Notes under the pieces: generated by a model
Databases searched by the model: none
What the model saw: the letters and a program-made list of their open reading frames with translations, nothing else
What the model was told of the DNA's origin: nothing
In this document: one piece after another, positions 29,025 to 37,991 of the stretch
How positions within the stretch are numbered: the stretch's first letter is position 1
Layout of the letters: each line of letters begins with the position of its first letter
Made by a program: the position numbers and the translations under genes
NCBI GenBank assembly: GCA_016875535.1
Contig: VGPF01000007.1
Coordinates: forward strand, 7,998-71,997
DNA from: Chloroflexota bacterium
Lineage (GTDB): Bacteria; Chloroflexota; Dehalococcoidia; SHYB01
Length of the DNA: 64,000 nucleotides
Reading direction: 5' to 3'

Positions 29025-29137
29025 GTTAGAGGAGCAGGGTTCCGGGAAAGCCCTTCCGTAGTTTTCCCAGGAATCCTCTTTCTCGATCCTGCCCTTGACC
29101 TCTAGACCTTGCTCCCTGCTCCCAGAACCTCTGCCTC
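29025..29137. repeat. Purine-rich/pyrimidine-rich imperfect palindrome with ~7-nt periodic units
   Basis: AGGTTAGAGGAGCAGGG can pair with CCCTGCTCCCAGAACCT; units such as TTGACCT/CTAGACC/TTGCTCC/CTGCTCC. Confidence 0.45.
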
Positions 29138-29213
29138 CTCCTTGCCCCCTCCGGCCCGCCCCGTGCTATAATAGCCGTTGGTTTTCGACCCCCCTTTCCT
29201 GAAAGAGGCTTTT

Positions 29214-29498
29214 GTGCGCAACTACGAACTTGTCATGTTGGTGAGCCCGGAGATCGCGGACGACCAGGTGAACACCGTCGTCGAAAAGGTGACCGGCTAT
29301 GTCACCACCCACGGCGGCAAGGTGGCCGAAGTCAAGCCCTGGGGCCGCCGCAGGCTTGCCTACCACATCGGCAACTTCCAAGAGGCCAGCTACGTCCAGG
29401 CCAACTTCTCCATGGAGCCCAAGCACGCCAAGCAGCTCCAGAGCGACCTCCAAATCTCCGAGCAGGTGATCCGTCACCTCCTCCTCAACGCCGACTAG
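29214..29498 (+). CDS. rpsF: 30S ribosomal protein S6
   Basis: RNYELVMLVSPE, WGRRRLAYHI, VIRHL; GTG start; TGCTATAAT extended -10 at 29164-29172. Confidence 0.96.
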   Translation: MRNYELVMLVSPEIADDQVNTVVEKVTGYVTTHGGKVAEVKPWGRRRLAYHIGNFQEASYVQANFSMEPKHAKQLQSDLQISEQVIRHLLLNAD

Positions 29499-29518
29499 GC
29501 GACCAAAGGGAGCGGCGC

Positions 29519-29929
29519 GTGGTAGGGCTTAACAAAATCTTGGTCATCGGCAACGTGGGGACGGAGCCGGAGATGCGCTACACCCCCAGCGGCCGGCCCA
29601 TCACCACCTTCCGCATCGCCGCCACCCGCAACTACACCTCCGGCGGCGAGCGCAAGCAAGAGACCGAATGGTTCACCGTCGTCGCCTGGAACCAGCTGGC
29701 GGAGCAGGCCAGCAACTTCCTCAAGAAGGGCCGCCGGGCCTACGTGGAAGGCCGCCTGCGCTCCAACCAGTGGACCGGCCAGGACGGCGCCACCCGCTTC
29801 CGCAATGAGATCATCGCCGATCGCATCCTCTTCCTGGATCGCCAGCCCGCCGAGGGCCAGGGCGAAGAGGCCCAGGCTCCCGCCCCAGAAGGCGGCGAGG
29901 CCGTGGATGCCGACGATCTTCCCTTCTAG
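29519..29929 (+). CDS. ssb: Single-stranded DNA-binding protein
   Basis: LNKILVIGN, EPEMRYTPSG, VEGRLR, C-terminal DDLPF. Confidence 0.97.
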   Translation: MVGLNKILVIGNVGTEPEMRYTPSGRPITTFRIAATRNYTSGGERKQETEWFTVVAWNQLAEQASNFLKKGRRAYVEGRLRSNQWTGQDGATRFRNEIIADRILFLDRQPAEGQGEEAQAPAPEGGEAVDADDLPF

Positions 29930-29965
29930 CCCCATAGCCACCATCACAGCACCGGAAGGACAGCA

Positions 29966-30310
29966 ATGAACGAACGATCATCAGGCGGCGGCAGATTCGG
30001 CGGACCGCGCGGCGATAAGGGCGACCGCAAAGACGGCGGCAGGGGCGGACGCCCCCGCTTCTTCGCCAGGCGCAAGGTTTGCTCCTTCTGCGTCCAAAAG
30101 ACCAAGGCCATTGACTACAAGAACGTGGACCTGCTCCAGCGCTTCGTCTCCGAGCGCGGGCGCATAGACCCCCGCCGCAAGACGGGCACATGCGCGCGAC
30201 ACCAGCGCATGCTCACGGAGGCCCTCAAGCGCGCCCGCCACCTGGCCCTCCTGCCCTTCACCTTCGACCACGTCCTGGAATCACGCATCATCCGGGCACC
30301 TGGGCGCTAG
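29966..30310 (+). CDS. rpsR: 30S ribosomal protein S18 (zinc-binding C+ form)
   Basis: [24 protein letters not shown]. Confidence 0.97.
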   Translation: MNERSSGGGRFGGPRGDKGDRKDGGRGGRPRFFARRKVCSFCVQKTKAIDYKNVDLLQRFVSERGRIDPRRKTGTCARHQRMLTEALKRARHLALLPFTFDHVLESRIIRAPGR

Positions 30311-30386
30311 GGGTTCCCGGGCGCAGGCATCCTTGAACGCCTCGCCTGCGTATACCCTGTAGAACCTGCCATCGCGAGGACGCACC

Positions 30387-31799
30387 GTGGCACAGCGACG
30401 CCGTTCCGAGCGGAGAAAACAGGAAGCCCCCCAGCCGGTCGCGCCGGTTGACACGTCGCGCCGCCGCAAGCCTCCTTCGGGCCCGCGCAAGCTCTCGCCG
30501 CTCTTCTTCATCATCAGCGGCCTCCTTGTCGTCGTGATCATCGTCGTCCTCGTCGTCAACTACGTCGTCTCCGTCAAGCGCCCCGGCGATCAGCCGATCC
30601 TCCAGGTCAATAACAAGACCTTTACCTGGCGCTATTACGTGGACATCCTCAAGTCCCAAAAGCTCGGCTCGGATGCCCTGGGCGGCCAGTTCAACCCAGG
30701 CGTCGCGCCCTACCAGCTCATGCAGACCCTGGCGGAGAACGAGCTGATCCGCCAGGCCGCCCTCCGCGAAGGCCTCAAAGTCACGGATGAAGAGATCAAG
30801 CAGGAGATGATGAACCGCCTGCTGGACCCGAAGCCCTCGCCGGACACGCCCAAGTCCCAAGTAGAGCGCGAATTCCAGGTCAAGCTGAGCAACTATCTCA
30901 AGATCACTCAACTGCCCCGCGGCACGTATGAGGACATCGTCTACCTGGACCTTCTGCGCGATCAGCTCCGCAACAAGCTCGGCGCGAACCTGCCGAGGGT
31001 CCAGCCCCACGCCTTCGTCAACCAGATCGTGGCAGGCGATCAGACTCAGGTGGAGGCCATCCAGAAGCGCCTCAAGACGGAAGAGTTTTCCAAGGTTGCC
31101 CGCACCGCCTCCGTGGATGAAGAGACGGCCAAGGAAGGCGGCGCCATCGGCTGGACGCCGCGCCTGGTCATCAATGACCTGGACACCCTCTTCTTCGGCC
31201 TTGAGCTCAACCAGCTCAGTGACCCCATCTCCGCCAAGGAAGGCGTCTACATCATCCGCATCACCCAGCGCACCGGAGATAAGGCCCGCATCCAGGCCAT
31301 CTTGGCCAAGGACTTCGCCTCCGCCCAAGAGGCCAAGCGCCGCGTGGAAAACGGCACGCCTTTTGAGACCGTCGCCGCGGAGGTCGCTACGGATCCTCAG
31401 CTGCGCGCCGGCCGCGGCGACCTAGGGCTCATCGGCCCCGGCGATCGCGGCGGCATCTTTGACCTCTACATCGCGGGCATCCCCTTGAATACAATCACCG
31501 AACCCGTCAACCGGATCAACCAGACCGTCTTTTACATGATCAGCCAGCGCACCCAAGCCCTTGAGGTCTCCGAGAAGAACCTGGAAGTCTTAAAGACCCG
31601 CGCCCTGGAGGCCTGGCTCCGCCGGGAATGGGACTCGGGCCGGATCAACTACTGCCCCAAATCGCCCGACGATTGCTTCAGCAACCTGGACGTGGACAAG
31701 GCCCTCGGCGAGATCGGCGATGTCTCCCGCACCAAGTTTGAAGATTCGGCCACGGCCACCGCCCAGGCGCGCCAGCGCGGCAGCCAGTCCCGCTTCTAG
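30387..31799 (+). CDS. Membrane-anchored SurA/PrsA-like peptidyl-prolyl isomerase
   Basis: Single TM; two parvulin-like segments (FSKVARTASVD...GGAIGW; FETVAAEVATD...GDLG). Confidence 0.75.
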   Translation: MAQRRRSERRKQEAPQPVAPVDTSRRRKPPSGPRKLSPLFFIISGLLVVVIIVVLVVNYVVSVKRPGDQPILQVNNKTFTWRYYVDILKSQKLGSDALGGQFNPGVAPYQLMQTLAENELIRQAALREGLKVTDEEIKQEMMNRLLDPKPSPDTPKSQVEREFQVKLSNYLKITQLPRGTYEDIVYLDLLRDQLRNKLGANLPRVQPHAFVNQIVAGDQTQVEAIQKRLKTEEFSKVARTASVDEETAKEGGAIGWTPRLVINDLDTLFFGLELNQLSDPISAKEGVYIIRITQRTGDKARIQAILAKDFASAQEAKRRVENGTPFETVAAEVATDPQLRAGRGDLGLIGPGDRGGIFDLYIAGIPLNTITEPVNRINQTVFYMISQRTQALEVSEKNLEVLKTRALEAWLRREWDSGRINYCPKSPDDCFSNLDVDKALGEIGDVSRTKFEDSATATAQARQRGSQSRF

Positions 31800-31901
31800 C
31801 GCGGCTCCGCATCGCGTACAATGATTCCCACGTCTCGCCTGGCCGTCTCGTTGCCGTAAAGGCCGCGCCGGACAGCCGATAGCTGAAGAGAGCCGCGCCC
31901 C

Positions 31902-32993
31902 GTGAGCGATCCCGCCATCTCCGCACCCAGCCAGGGAGCCCACAAGGGCGTCCTGCGGGCCTATGGCGCCTACCTGCCCCTCACCGGCAAGACACCGCTC
32001 CTCACCCTGGGCGAAGGCGATACACCCCTGGTGCGCTCCCAGAACCTTGAGCGCGAGCTGCAGATCGGCGCCCTCTACTTCAAGCTGGAGGGCTGCAACC
32101 CCACCGGCTCCTTCAAGGACCGCGGCATGGTCATGGCCGTGGCCAAGGCCCTGGAAGAGGGCAGCAAGGCTATCATCTGCGCCTCCACCGGCAACACCAG
32201 CGCCTCAGCCGCCGCCTATGCCGCCCGCGCCGGCATCCAGTGCGCCGTTGTCGTCCCCAAGGGCAATATCGCCTTGGGCAAGATGGCGCAGGGCATGGCC
32301 TACGGCGCCAAGGTCATTACCGTGGAGGGCAACTTCGATCAGGCCCTCCGCATCGTCCGCGAAGTCTCGCAGACGCGCCCCATCACCCTGGTGAACTCCG
32401 TCAACCCCTACCGCATCGAGGGGCAGAAGACCGCCGCCTTTGAGGTGGTTGACGCCCTGGGCGAAGCGCCCGATTTCCTCTGCATCCCTGTGGGCAACGC
32501 CGGCAACATCACCGCCTATTGGAAGGGCTTCAGGGAATATCACGAAAAGAAGAAGGCCAAAAAGCGCCCCAAGATGATGGGCTTCCAGGCGGAAGGTGCG
32601 GCCCCCATCGTGCGCGGCCACCCGGTGGAAGTGCCCCAGACCATCGCCACCGCCATCCGCATCGGCAATCCCGCCAGCTGGAAGAGCGCCGTGGCCGCCC
32701 GCGATGAGTCCGGCGGCGAGATCGGCATGGTGAGCGACGCTGAGATTATTGAGGCCTACGGGCAACTGGCGCGCAAGGAGGGCCTCTTCTGCGAGCCCGC
32801 CTCCGCCGCCTCCTTCGCCGGGCTGATCAAGCTTCGCCGTAGCGGCCTCGATCTTTCCAAACAGACCGTCGTCTGCATCCTCACGGGCCACGGACTCAAG
32901 GACCCGGACACCACCACAAAAAACGTCAAGGCCGATATCGTCCCCATCATGCCGGACCTCCCCGCGCTTGAGGCTGCGCTAGGCTTTCGATAA
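31902..32993 (+). CDS. thrC: Threonine synthase
   Basis: [50 protein letters not shown]. Confidence 0.95.
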   Translation: MSDPAISAPSQGAHKGVLRAYGAYLPLTGKTPLLTLGEGDTPLVRSQNLERELQIGALYFKLEGCNPTGSFKDRGMVMAVAKALEEGSKAIICASTGNTSASAAAYAARAGIQCAVVVPKGNIALGKMAQGMAYGAKVITVEGNFDQALRIVREVSQTRPITLVNSVNPYRIEGQKTAAFEVVDALGEAPDFLCIPVGNAGNITAYWKGFREYHEKKKAKKRPKMMGFQAEGAAPIVRGHPVEVPQTIATAIRIGNPASWKSAVAARDESGGEIGMVSDAEIIEAYGQLARKEGLFCEPASAASFAGLIKLRRSGLDLSKQTVVCILTGHGLKDPDTTTKNVKADIVPIMPDLPALEAALGFR

Positions 32994-33110
32994 GCTCCCT
33001 TCTGTCAACTTGTTCTTCCCTCTCCATATCTGGTAGATTGAATAGTCTCCGTCTCTCCCGACCGATCCCGTATCTCTCTGCGTGGCCTTCCCACGCCTAG
33101 GAGGCGAATC

Positions 33111-33665
33111 GTGGACTCCCCACGGATCAAGTCAGCCGTTAGAGACATCATCAAGTCCATCGGCGAAGACCCCAAGCGCGAAGGCCTGACCGATACGCCG
33201 CGACGCATCGCCGAGATGTATGAAGAGCTCTTCGCCGGCCTGAAGCTCGACCCCAAAAAGGAGCTTGAGGTCGGCTTCGATGAAGGGCACCAGGAGATGG
33301 TCGTGCTCAAGGACATCCCCTTCTATTCCATGTGTGAGCACCACTTCCTCCCCTTCTACGGCATCGCCGCGGTGGGCTATCTGCCCAATGGGCGCGTCGT
33401 CGGCCTCAGCAAGCTGGCGCGCGTCGTTGAGATCCTGGCGCGTCGCCCGCAACTCCAGGAGCGCCTCACCTCCCAAATCGCCGATACGATTGATGAGGCC
33501 ATCAAGCCCACGGGCGTCGGCGTCGTCATTAAGGCGGAGCACCTCTGCATGACCATGCGCGGCATCAAGAAGCCCGGCTCCAACATGGTCACCTCCGCCG
33601 TCCGCGGCAGGTTCAAGCAGAGCCAGGTCACCCGCGCCGAGTTCCTCTCCCTCATCCAGGACTGA
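33111..33665 (+). CDS. folE: GTP cyclohydrolase I
   Basis: [29 protein letters not shown]. Confidence 0.97.
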   Translation: MDSPRIKSAVRDIIKSIGEDPKREGLTDTPRRIAEMYEELFAGLKLDPKKELEVGFDEGHQEMVVLKDIPFYSMCEHHFLPFYGIAAVGYLPNGRVVGLSKLARVVEILARRPQLQERLTSQIADTIDEAIKPTGVGVVIKAEHLCMTMRGIKKPGSNMVTSAVRGRFKQSQVTRAEFLSLIQD

Positions 33666-33666
33666 C

Positions 33667-34647
33667 GTGGCCTTTTCGGTTCACACCGAATCCTTCGAAA
33701 GCCTCCAGCGTGAGTGGCGCGACCTCGCCGCCGCTTCGCCCACGCGCTCTGTCTTCACCACACCCGCCTGGCTTCACACCTGGTGGCAGACCCAGCGCAC
33801 CGGCGAAGAGCCGGCCCTCCTCGCCTTCCGCGATGGCGGGCGATTGCTGGGCCTGGCCCCCATGATGCGCTCCGCCGATGCCGTCCGCCTCCTGGCCGCG
33901 ACGGACGTCTGCGACTATCACGATGTGCTCTACCGCCCGGAGGCGGAAGAGGCCTTCTACCCCGCGCTGGTGGGGGCCTTCGAGCGGCACGGCTGGCTGC
34001 GTGTGGAGCTGGAAGGCATCATCGAGCTTTCGCCCACCCTGCGGAGGCTCACTGGCGCCGCCCTAGGCAAAGGCTGGACGGTGGAACAGCAGGTGGACGG
34101 CGTCTCCCCGGAGATCGCGCTCCCCGCATCGTGGGAGGCCTACCTGGAATCCCTGGACGGCAAGGACCGCCACGAGCTGAAGCGCAAGCTGCGCAAGCTC
34201 ACCGGCGCCGGGCGCGTGGACTGCTTCGACGCCCTGGACCGCCAACCCCTAGCCGAGGTGATGACCACCTTTGCCACGCTCATGCGCTCAAGCCGGGAGG
34301 ACAAGGCCCAGTTCCTCACCCCCGAGCGCGAGCGCTTCTTCCGCACCCTGGCGGAAGCGATGCAGAAGGAGGGCTGGCTCCGCGTCTACTTCCTCACCCT
34401 GGACGGCCACGTCACCGCCGCCTCCATGTTGTTCGATTATGACAACGGCTTCTACCTTTACAACAGCGGCTACGATACGCGCTACGCCCCCCTGAGCGTG
34501 GGCCTTTTGGTAAAGGCCCTCTGCATGCAGGAGGCCATCGCCAAGGGACGCAAGCTCTTCAATTTCCTGCGCGGTTCCGAACCCTACAAGTACAGCCTCG
34601 GCGCGAAAGATGTCCGGCTCCACAAGCTCACCCTCAAGAAGGGATAG
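33667..34647 (+). CDS. GNAT family (CelD/BcsL-like) acetyltransferase
   Basis: SVFTTPAWLHTWW, DYHD, YLYNSGYD, LSVGLL, FNFLRGSEPYKY. Confidence 0.8.
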   Translation: MAFSVHTESFESLQREWRDLAAASPTRSVFTTPAWLHTWWQTQRTGEEPALLAFRDGGRLLGLAPMMRSADAVRLLAATDVCDYHDVLYRPEAEEAFYPALVGAFERHGWLRVELEGIIELSPTLRRLTGAALGKGWTVEQQVDGVSPEIALPASWEAYLESLDGKDRHELKRKLRKLTGAGRVDCFDALDRQPLAEVMTTFATLMRSSREDKAQFLTPERERFFRTLAEAMQKEGWLRVYFLTLDGHVTAASMLFDYDNGFYLYNSGYDTRYAPLSVGLLVKALCMQEAIAKGRKLFNFLRGSEPYKYSLGAKDVRLHKLTLKKG

Positions 34648-34706
34648 GTTTCCCTTGGCAACTAGGTACGCCTGCCGTATCCTCATCAGCGGAGACTGCT
34701 GAATCC

Positions 34707-35912
34707 ATGCGCATCGCCCTTATCAGCGTCCACGGCTGCCCCACGGCGCGCCTGGGCGCAAAAGACACCGGCGGCATGAACGTCCTCCTGCGGGAGACGG
34801 CGCGGGAGCTTGGCCGCCTAGGCCACACCGTGGACGTCTACACCCGCACCCACGATGTGCGCGACCCGCAAATCGTTCCCATCGGCCAGGGGGCGCGCGT
34901 CATCCACATCAACGCCGGCGACCTCGCCACCGCCAAGCGCGACCTGGCGGCTCACCTGCCCCAGTTCACAGAACACCTCGCTGATTACGCCCAAAGCATG
35001 GGCCTCCGCTACGAACTCATCCACGCGCACTACTGGCTCTCCGCGCCCGTCGCCTTCACGCTCAAGGCGCGCTGGGGCCTCCCCGTCGCCGTCAGCTTCC
35101 ACACCTTGGGCAAGGTCCAGGGCATCGTCCGCGCAGGCGAGCCCGATGCCAAAGACCGTATCCCCGCGGAGGAGATGGCCGTCGCCCAGGCCGATGCGAT
35201 CGTCGCGGGCAGCCCCCATGAGATCGAGCAGTTGGTGAACCTCTACGGCGCGCGACACGACAGGGTCTCCCTGGTCCCCTGCGGCTTCGATCAATCGCTC
35301 TTCAAGCCCATCACCCGGCGTGCGGCCCGCGATAGCCTGGGCCTCAACGGCCATAAGATCGTCCTCTTCGTCGGACGCATGGAGCGCATCAAGGGAGCGG
35401 ACATCCTCCTGCGCGCCGTCGCCGCCTTAGATAGCAGCCTGGACTCCCAGCTCATCGTCATCGGCGGCAGTGAGGCCGACCCCGAGCGCCGCCGACTCCA
35501 GCGCATGGCGCGCGGCCTGGGCATAGAGCACCGCATGCTCTTCGTGGACGCCGTGCCGCAGAAGGACCTGCCCCTTTATTACAGCGCCGCCGATGTCTGT
35601 GTTGTCCCCTCGTTCTATGAGACCTTCGGCCTGGTGGCGCTGGAGGCCCTCGCCTGCGGCACGCCCGTCATCGCCGCCAAGGTCGGCGGGCTCCAGCACA
35701 CCGTGAGCCATGGCAAGACGGGCTACCTGGTCCCCTGGCACTGCCCCGAGCCCTACGCGGAAAAACTGGAAGTTCTCCTCGCCAACGACCACCTGCGCGA
35801 AAGCCTGGGCCAAGCGGCGCAGGCGGCGGCAAAGGGCCAGTCCTGGGAGGCGGCGGCAAAGCGCGTGCTGAGCGTCTACGAAGGATTAGTGAAAGAAGCG
35901 ACGAGGGTTTAA
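34707..35912 (+). CDS. GT4 glycosyltransferase, MshA-like
   Basis: ISVHGCP...DTGGMNV, HAHYWLS, FHTLG, VGRMERIKG, ETFGLVALEA. Confidence 0.85.
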   Translation: MRIALISVHGCPTARLGAKDTGGMNVLLRETARELGRLGHTVDVYTRTHDVRDPQIVPIGQGARVIHINAGDLATAKRDLAAHLPQFTEHLADYAQSMGLRYELIHAHYWLSAPVAFTLKARWGLPVAVSFHTLGKVQGIVRAGEPDAKDRIPAEEMAVAQADAIVAGSPHEIEQLVNLYGARHDRVSLVPCGFDQSLFKPITRRAARDSLGLNGHKIVLFVGRMERIKGADILLRAVAALDSSLDSQLIVIGGSEADPERRRLQRMARGLGIEHRMLFVDAVPQKDLPLYYSAADVCVVPSFYETFGLVALEALACGTPVIAAKVGGLQHTVSHGKTGYLVPWHCPEPYAEKLEVLLANDHLRESLGQAAQAAAKGQSWEAAAKRVLSVYEGLVKEATRV

Positions 35913-36811
35913 AGCCTCTTCTCCCACCAATCGATATCGTAGATACGCTTGAAGCCGACTGCTTTGTAGAGCTCCACTGCCGGCGCATTATCGGCGTAGA
36001 CCGTCAGCTCCACCGCAGTCGCGCCCCGGCGCTTCAGGTCCGCGATGCTGGCCTCCAGCATCGCGCGCCCCAAACCCTGGCCCCGGTAGGCCGGGTCCAC
36101 GCCGATCATCCAGATGATGCCCGTCGCCCCGCCTTTGCCCTTGTTCACGCGCGTCCAGCAATAGGCGGCGGGCGCGCCCTTCACTTCGAGAATCAGCGCA
36201 TCCTGCACCCTGCTGCCGCGCATCCGCAGGCGGTAGCGCAGCTCCTCCGGAACGTTCGGAGCAAAGCCCCAGCTTCCGCCAAAGGCCCGGTTCTGGATGC
36301 CCGTCACCAGCGCCTCTTCGCCGGGCTGGAGCCGCCGCACCGTGATGCCTTCTTTCGCCTTCGCCGGGGCCTTCCACCGCGCCGCGTCAAGGCGCATCTG
36401 CCACTGGCGCTTCACCTGGGCAAAGCCGAGCCTCTTGTAGAGCGCCGCCGCCTCGCGGTCGTGCCCCTGAGCAGAGACGTGCGCCAGCTTCGCGCCCAGG
36501 CCCCCAGCATGCGCCAGGCATCGCGCCAGCAGCGCCTCCCCCGCCGTCACGCGCGCCTCCGCAGGTGCGGCCCCCCACTCGATGACGGCGCGACCGATGG
36601 GAAGCTCCGGCACCACCAACGCGTAGCCGCCAGCCCTGCCGACGTTCATCGCGAGGAAGCAATCACGCCTTGGGCGAAGGTTCGGCTGGCCCAGATAGTC
36701 CTTCGCATCTGCCGCCGTGTAGCGCGCGCCAGGCCCCCGAGCCGCCCGCACGATGCGCGCATAGGCGGCGAAGTCGGCCTGGGTGAACTTTCTCAGCGTC
36801 AGTCTGCTCAT
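35909..36811 (-). CDS. Tandem-GNAT acetyltransferase, MshD-like
   Basis: Two GNAT domains; AYCWT, IWMIGVDPAYRGQGLG, VYADNAPA. Confidence 0.8.
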   Translation of the reverse strand: MSRLTLRKFTQADFAAYARIVRAARGPGARYTAADAKDYLGQPNLRPRRDCFLAMNVGRAGGYALVVPELPIGRAVIEWGAAPAEARVTAGEALLARCLAHAGGLGAKLAHVSAQGHDREAAALYKRLGFAQVKRQWQMRLDAARWKAPAKAKEGITVRRLQPGEEALVTGIQNRAFGGSWGFAPNVPEELRYRLRMRGSRVQDALILEVKGAPAAYCWTRVNKGKGGATGIIWMIGVDPAYRGQGLGRAMLEASIADLKRRGATAVELTVYADNAPAVELYKAVGFKRIYDIDWWEKRL

Positions 36812-36899
36812 TGAACGCCTTCTTGAACGGCTTGGGAACCGCCCGATATCCTACCACGTAGACTTCTGGAGCGCCCCCTGCGCAAACTGGGGCATTTCC

Positions 36900-36929
36900 T
36901 TGACGTTTCGAATGTGAAAAGAGTAACAT
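36900..36929 (+). promoter_or_regulatory. Promoter of copD-ccm operon with overlapping Rex/CRP-like box
   Basis: TTGACG-18 nt-TAACAT; ATGTGA-AAAGAG-TAACAT near-palindrome at 36912-36929. Confidence 0.5.
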
Positions 36930-36957
36930 AGTTGGGCGCCCAAACCAGGAATCGGCC

Positions 36958-37512
36958 ATGTTCGCGCGCCTTCGAGAGGCTTATGTGGAAGGCATTGATT
37001 ACTTCCGGGCGATAGTCAGATGGTTGCACGCCATCGCCGCTGTGGTGTGGGTGGGTGGCAGTATCTTTTACCTCTTCGCCCTTCGCCCATCCCTGGCGGA
37101 AGCCAACCTCGCCGCCGCCAGAGGCCCCTTCGAGGCGCTCATCAGCAAGCACTTCCGCACCCTAGTGGACGCCGCCATCATCACCCTCATCCTCACCGGT
37201 GTCATCATCACCTTCGATCGCCTGCAATCGGCCCCCATCACTGCCCTCTACTACACCGTCCTGGCCCTCAAGCTCCTAGCCGCCCTTTCCATGTTCCTCC
37301 TCGCCCGCGATCTCGGCACGCGCCTGGGGCGCTTGGGCCGCCGCGCCGCCGCGCCGCAGGCCGAGCCGACCCTCGCCGAGCCCTCTCCCGCGAAGCAAGG
37401 CTGGAGGCGCATGCTCTCCCCATCCCGGCTCATCCTGGCCCTGGGGCTTATCGCCTTTCTCCTCTCTGCGCTCCTGGTCCACATCTATGAAAGCGACGTG
37501 ACCGGCCTATGA
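36958..37512 (+). CDS. CopD-like membrane protein
   Basis: RWLHAIAAVVWVGG and LALKLL motifs, four TM helices. Confidence 0.65.
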   Translation: MFARLREAYVEGIDYFRAIVRWLHAIAAVVWVGGSIFYLFALRPSLAEANLAAARGPFEALISKHFRTLVDAAIITLILTGVIITFDRLQSAPITALYYTVLALKLLAALSMFLLARDLGTRLGRLGRRAAAPQAEPTLAEPSPAKQGWRRMLSPSRLILALGLIAFLLSALLVHIYESDVTGL

Positions 37513-37982
37513 CCACCGCAATCACAACGCCTCCCCCCAAAGGCGGCTGGTTCAAGCGCGCCAATAAGAAGCTCATCGCCGTTGTCGTCATCGTCATCGT
37601 CGCCATCGGCATCCTCATCGGGACGAGCCTTCGCGGCGCGCTCACGTACTACATCACCGTGGACGAGCTGACGGCCAAGGGCGCCGAAGGCTACAACGAC
37701 CGGGTGCGCGTCGGCGGGCGCGTCCTCAAGGGCACCATCGTGAAAGACGCCCAGAACAACCTGACCTTCTGCATGTACCACAACGAGCCGTCCAACCTTC
37801 TGCCCGTGAGCTATAAGGGCGTGGTGCCGGACATCTTCGGCGATGAGACGGACGTCATCGTGGAGGGCAAGCGCCTCCACGACGGCACCTTCCGCGCCAT
37901 CAAGCTCCTGAGCCAGCACCCGCCCGAGTTCCGCCTCGCCGAGCCTGGCAAACCCCACGCCCCCGTGGACGAAAGAAAGTAG
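37509..37982 (+). CDS. ccmE: Heme chaperone CcmE
   Basis: YYITVDEL, RVRVGG, VSYKGVVPDIF, IVEG; heme motif variant QHPPEF. Confidence 0.9.
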   Translation: MTTAITTPPPKGGWFKRANKKLIAVVVIVIVAIGILIGTSLRGALTYYITVDELTAKGAEGYNDRVRVGGRVLKGTIVKDAQNNLTFCMYHNEPSNLLPVSYKGVVPDIFGDETDVIVEGKRLHDGTFRAIKLLSQHPPEFRLAEPGKPHAPVDERK

Positions 37983-37991
37983 CATAGGGGC

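Noticed and set aside
29173-29213. S6:S18 autoregulatory leader
   Set aside because: A hairpin covers the SD (CCTTTC/GAAAGAGG) but the family consensus could not be confirmed by eye; needs an Rfam scan.
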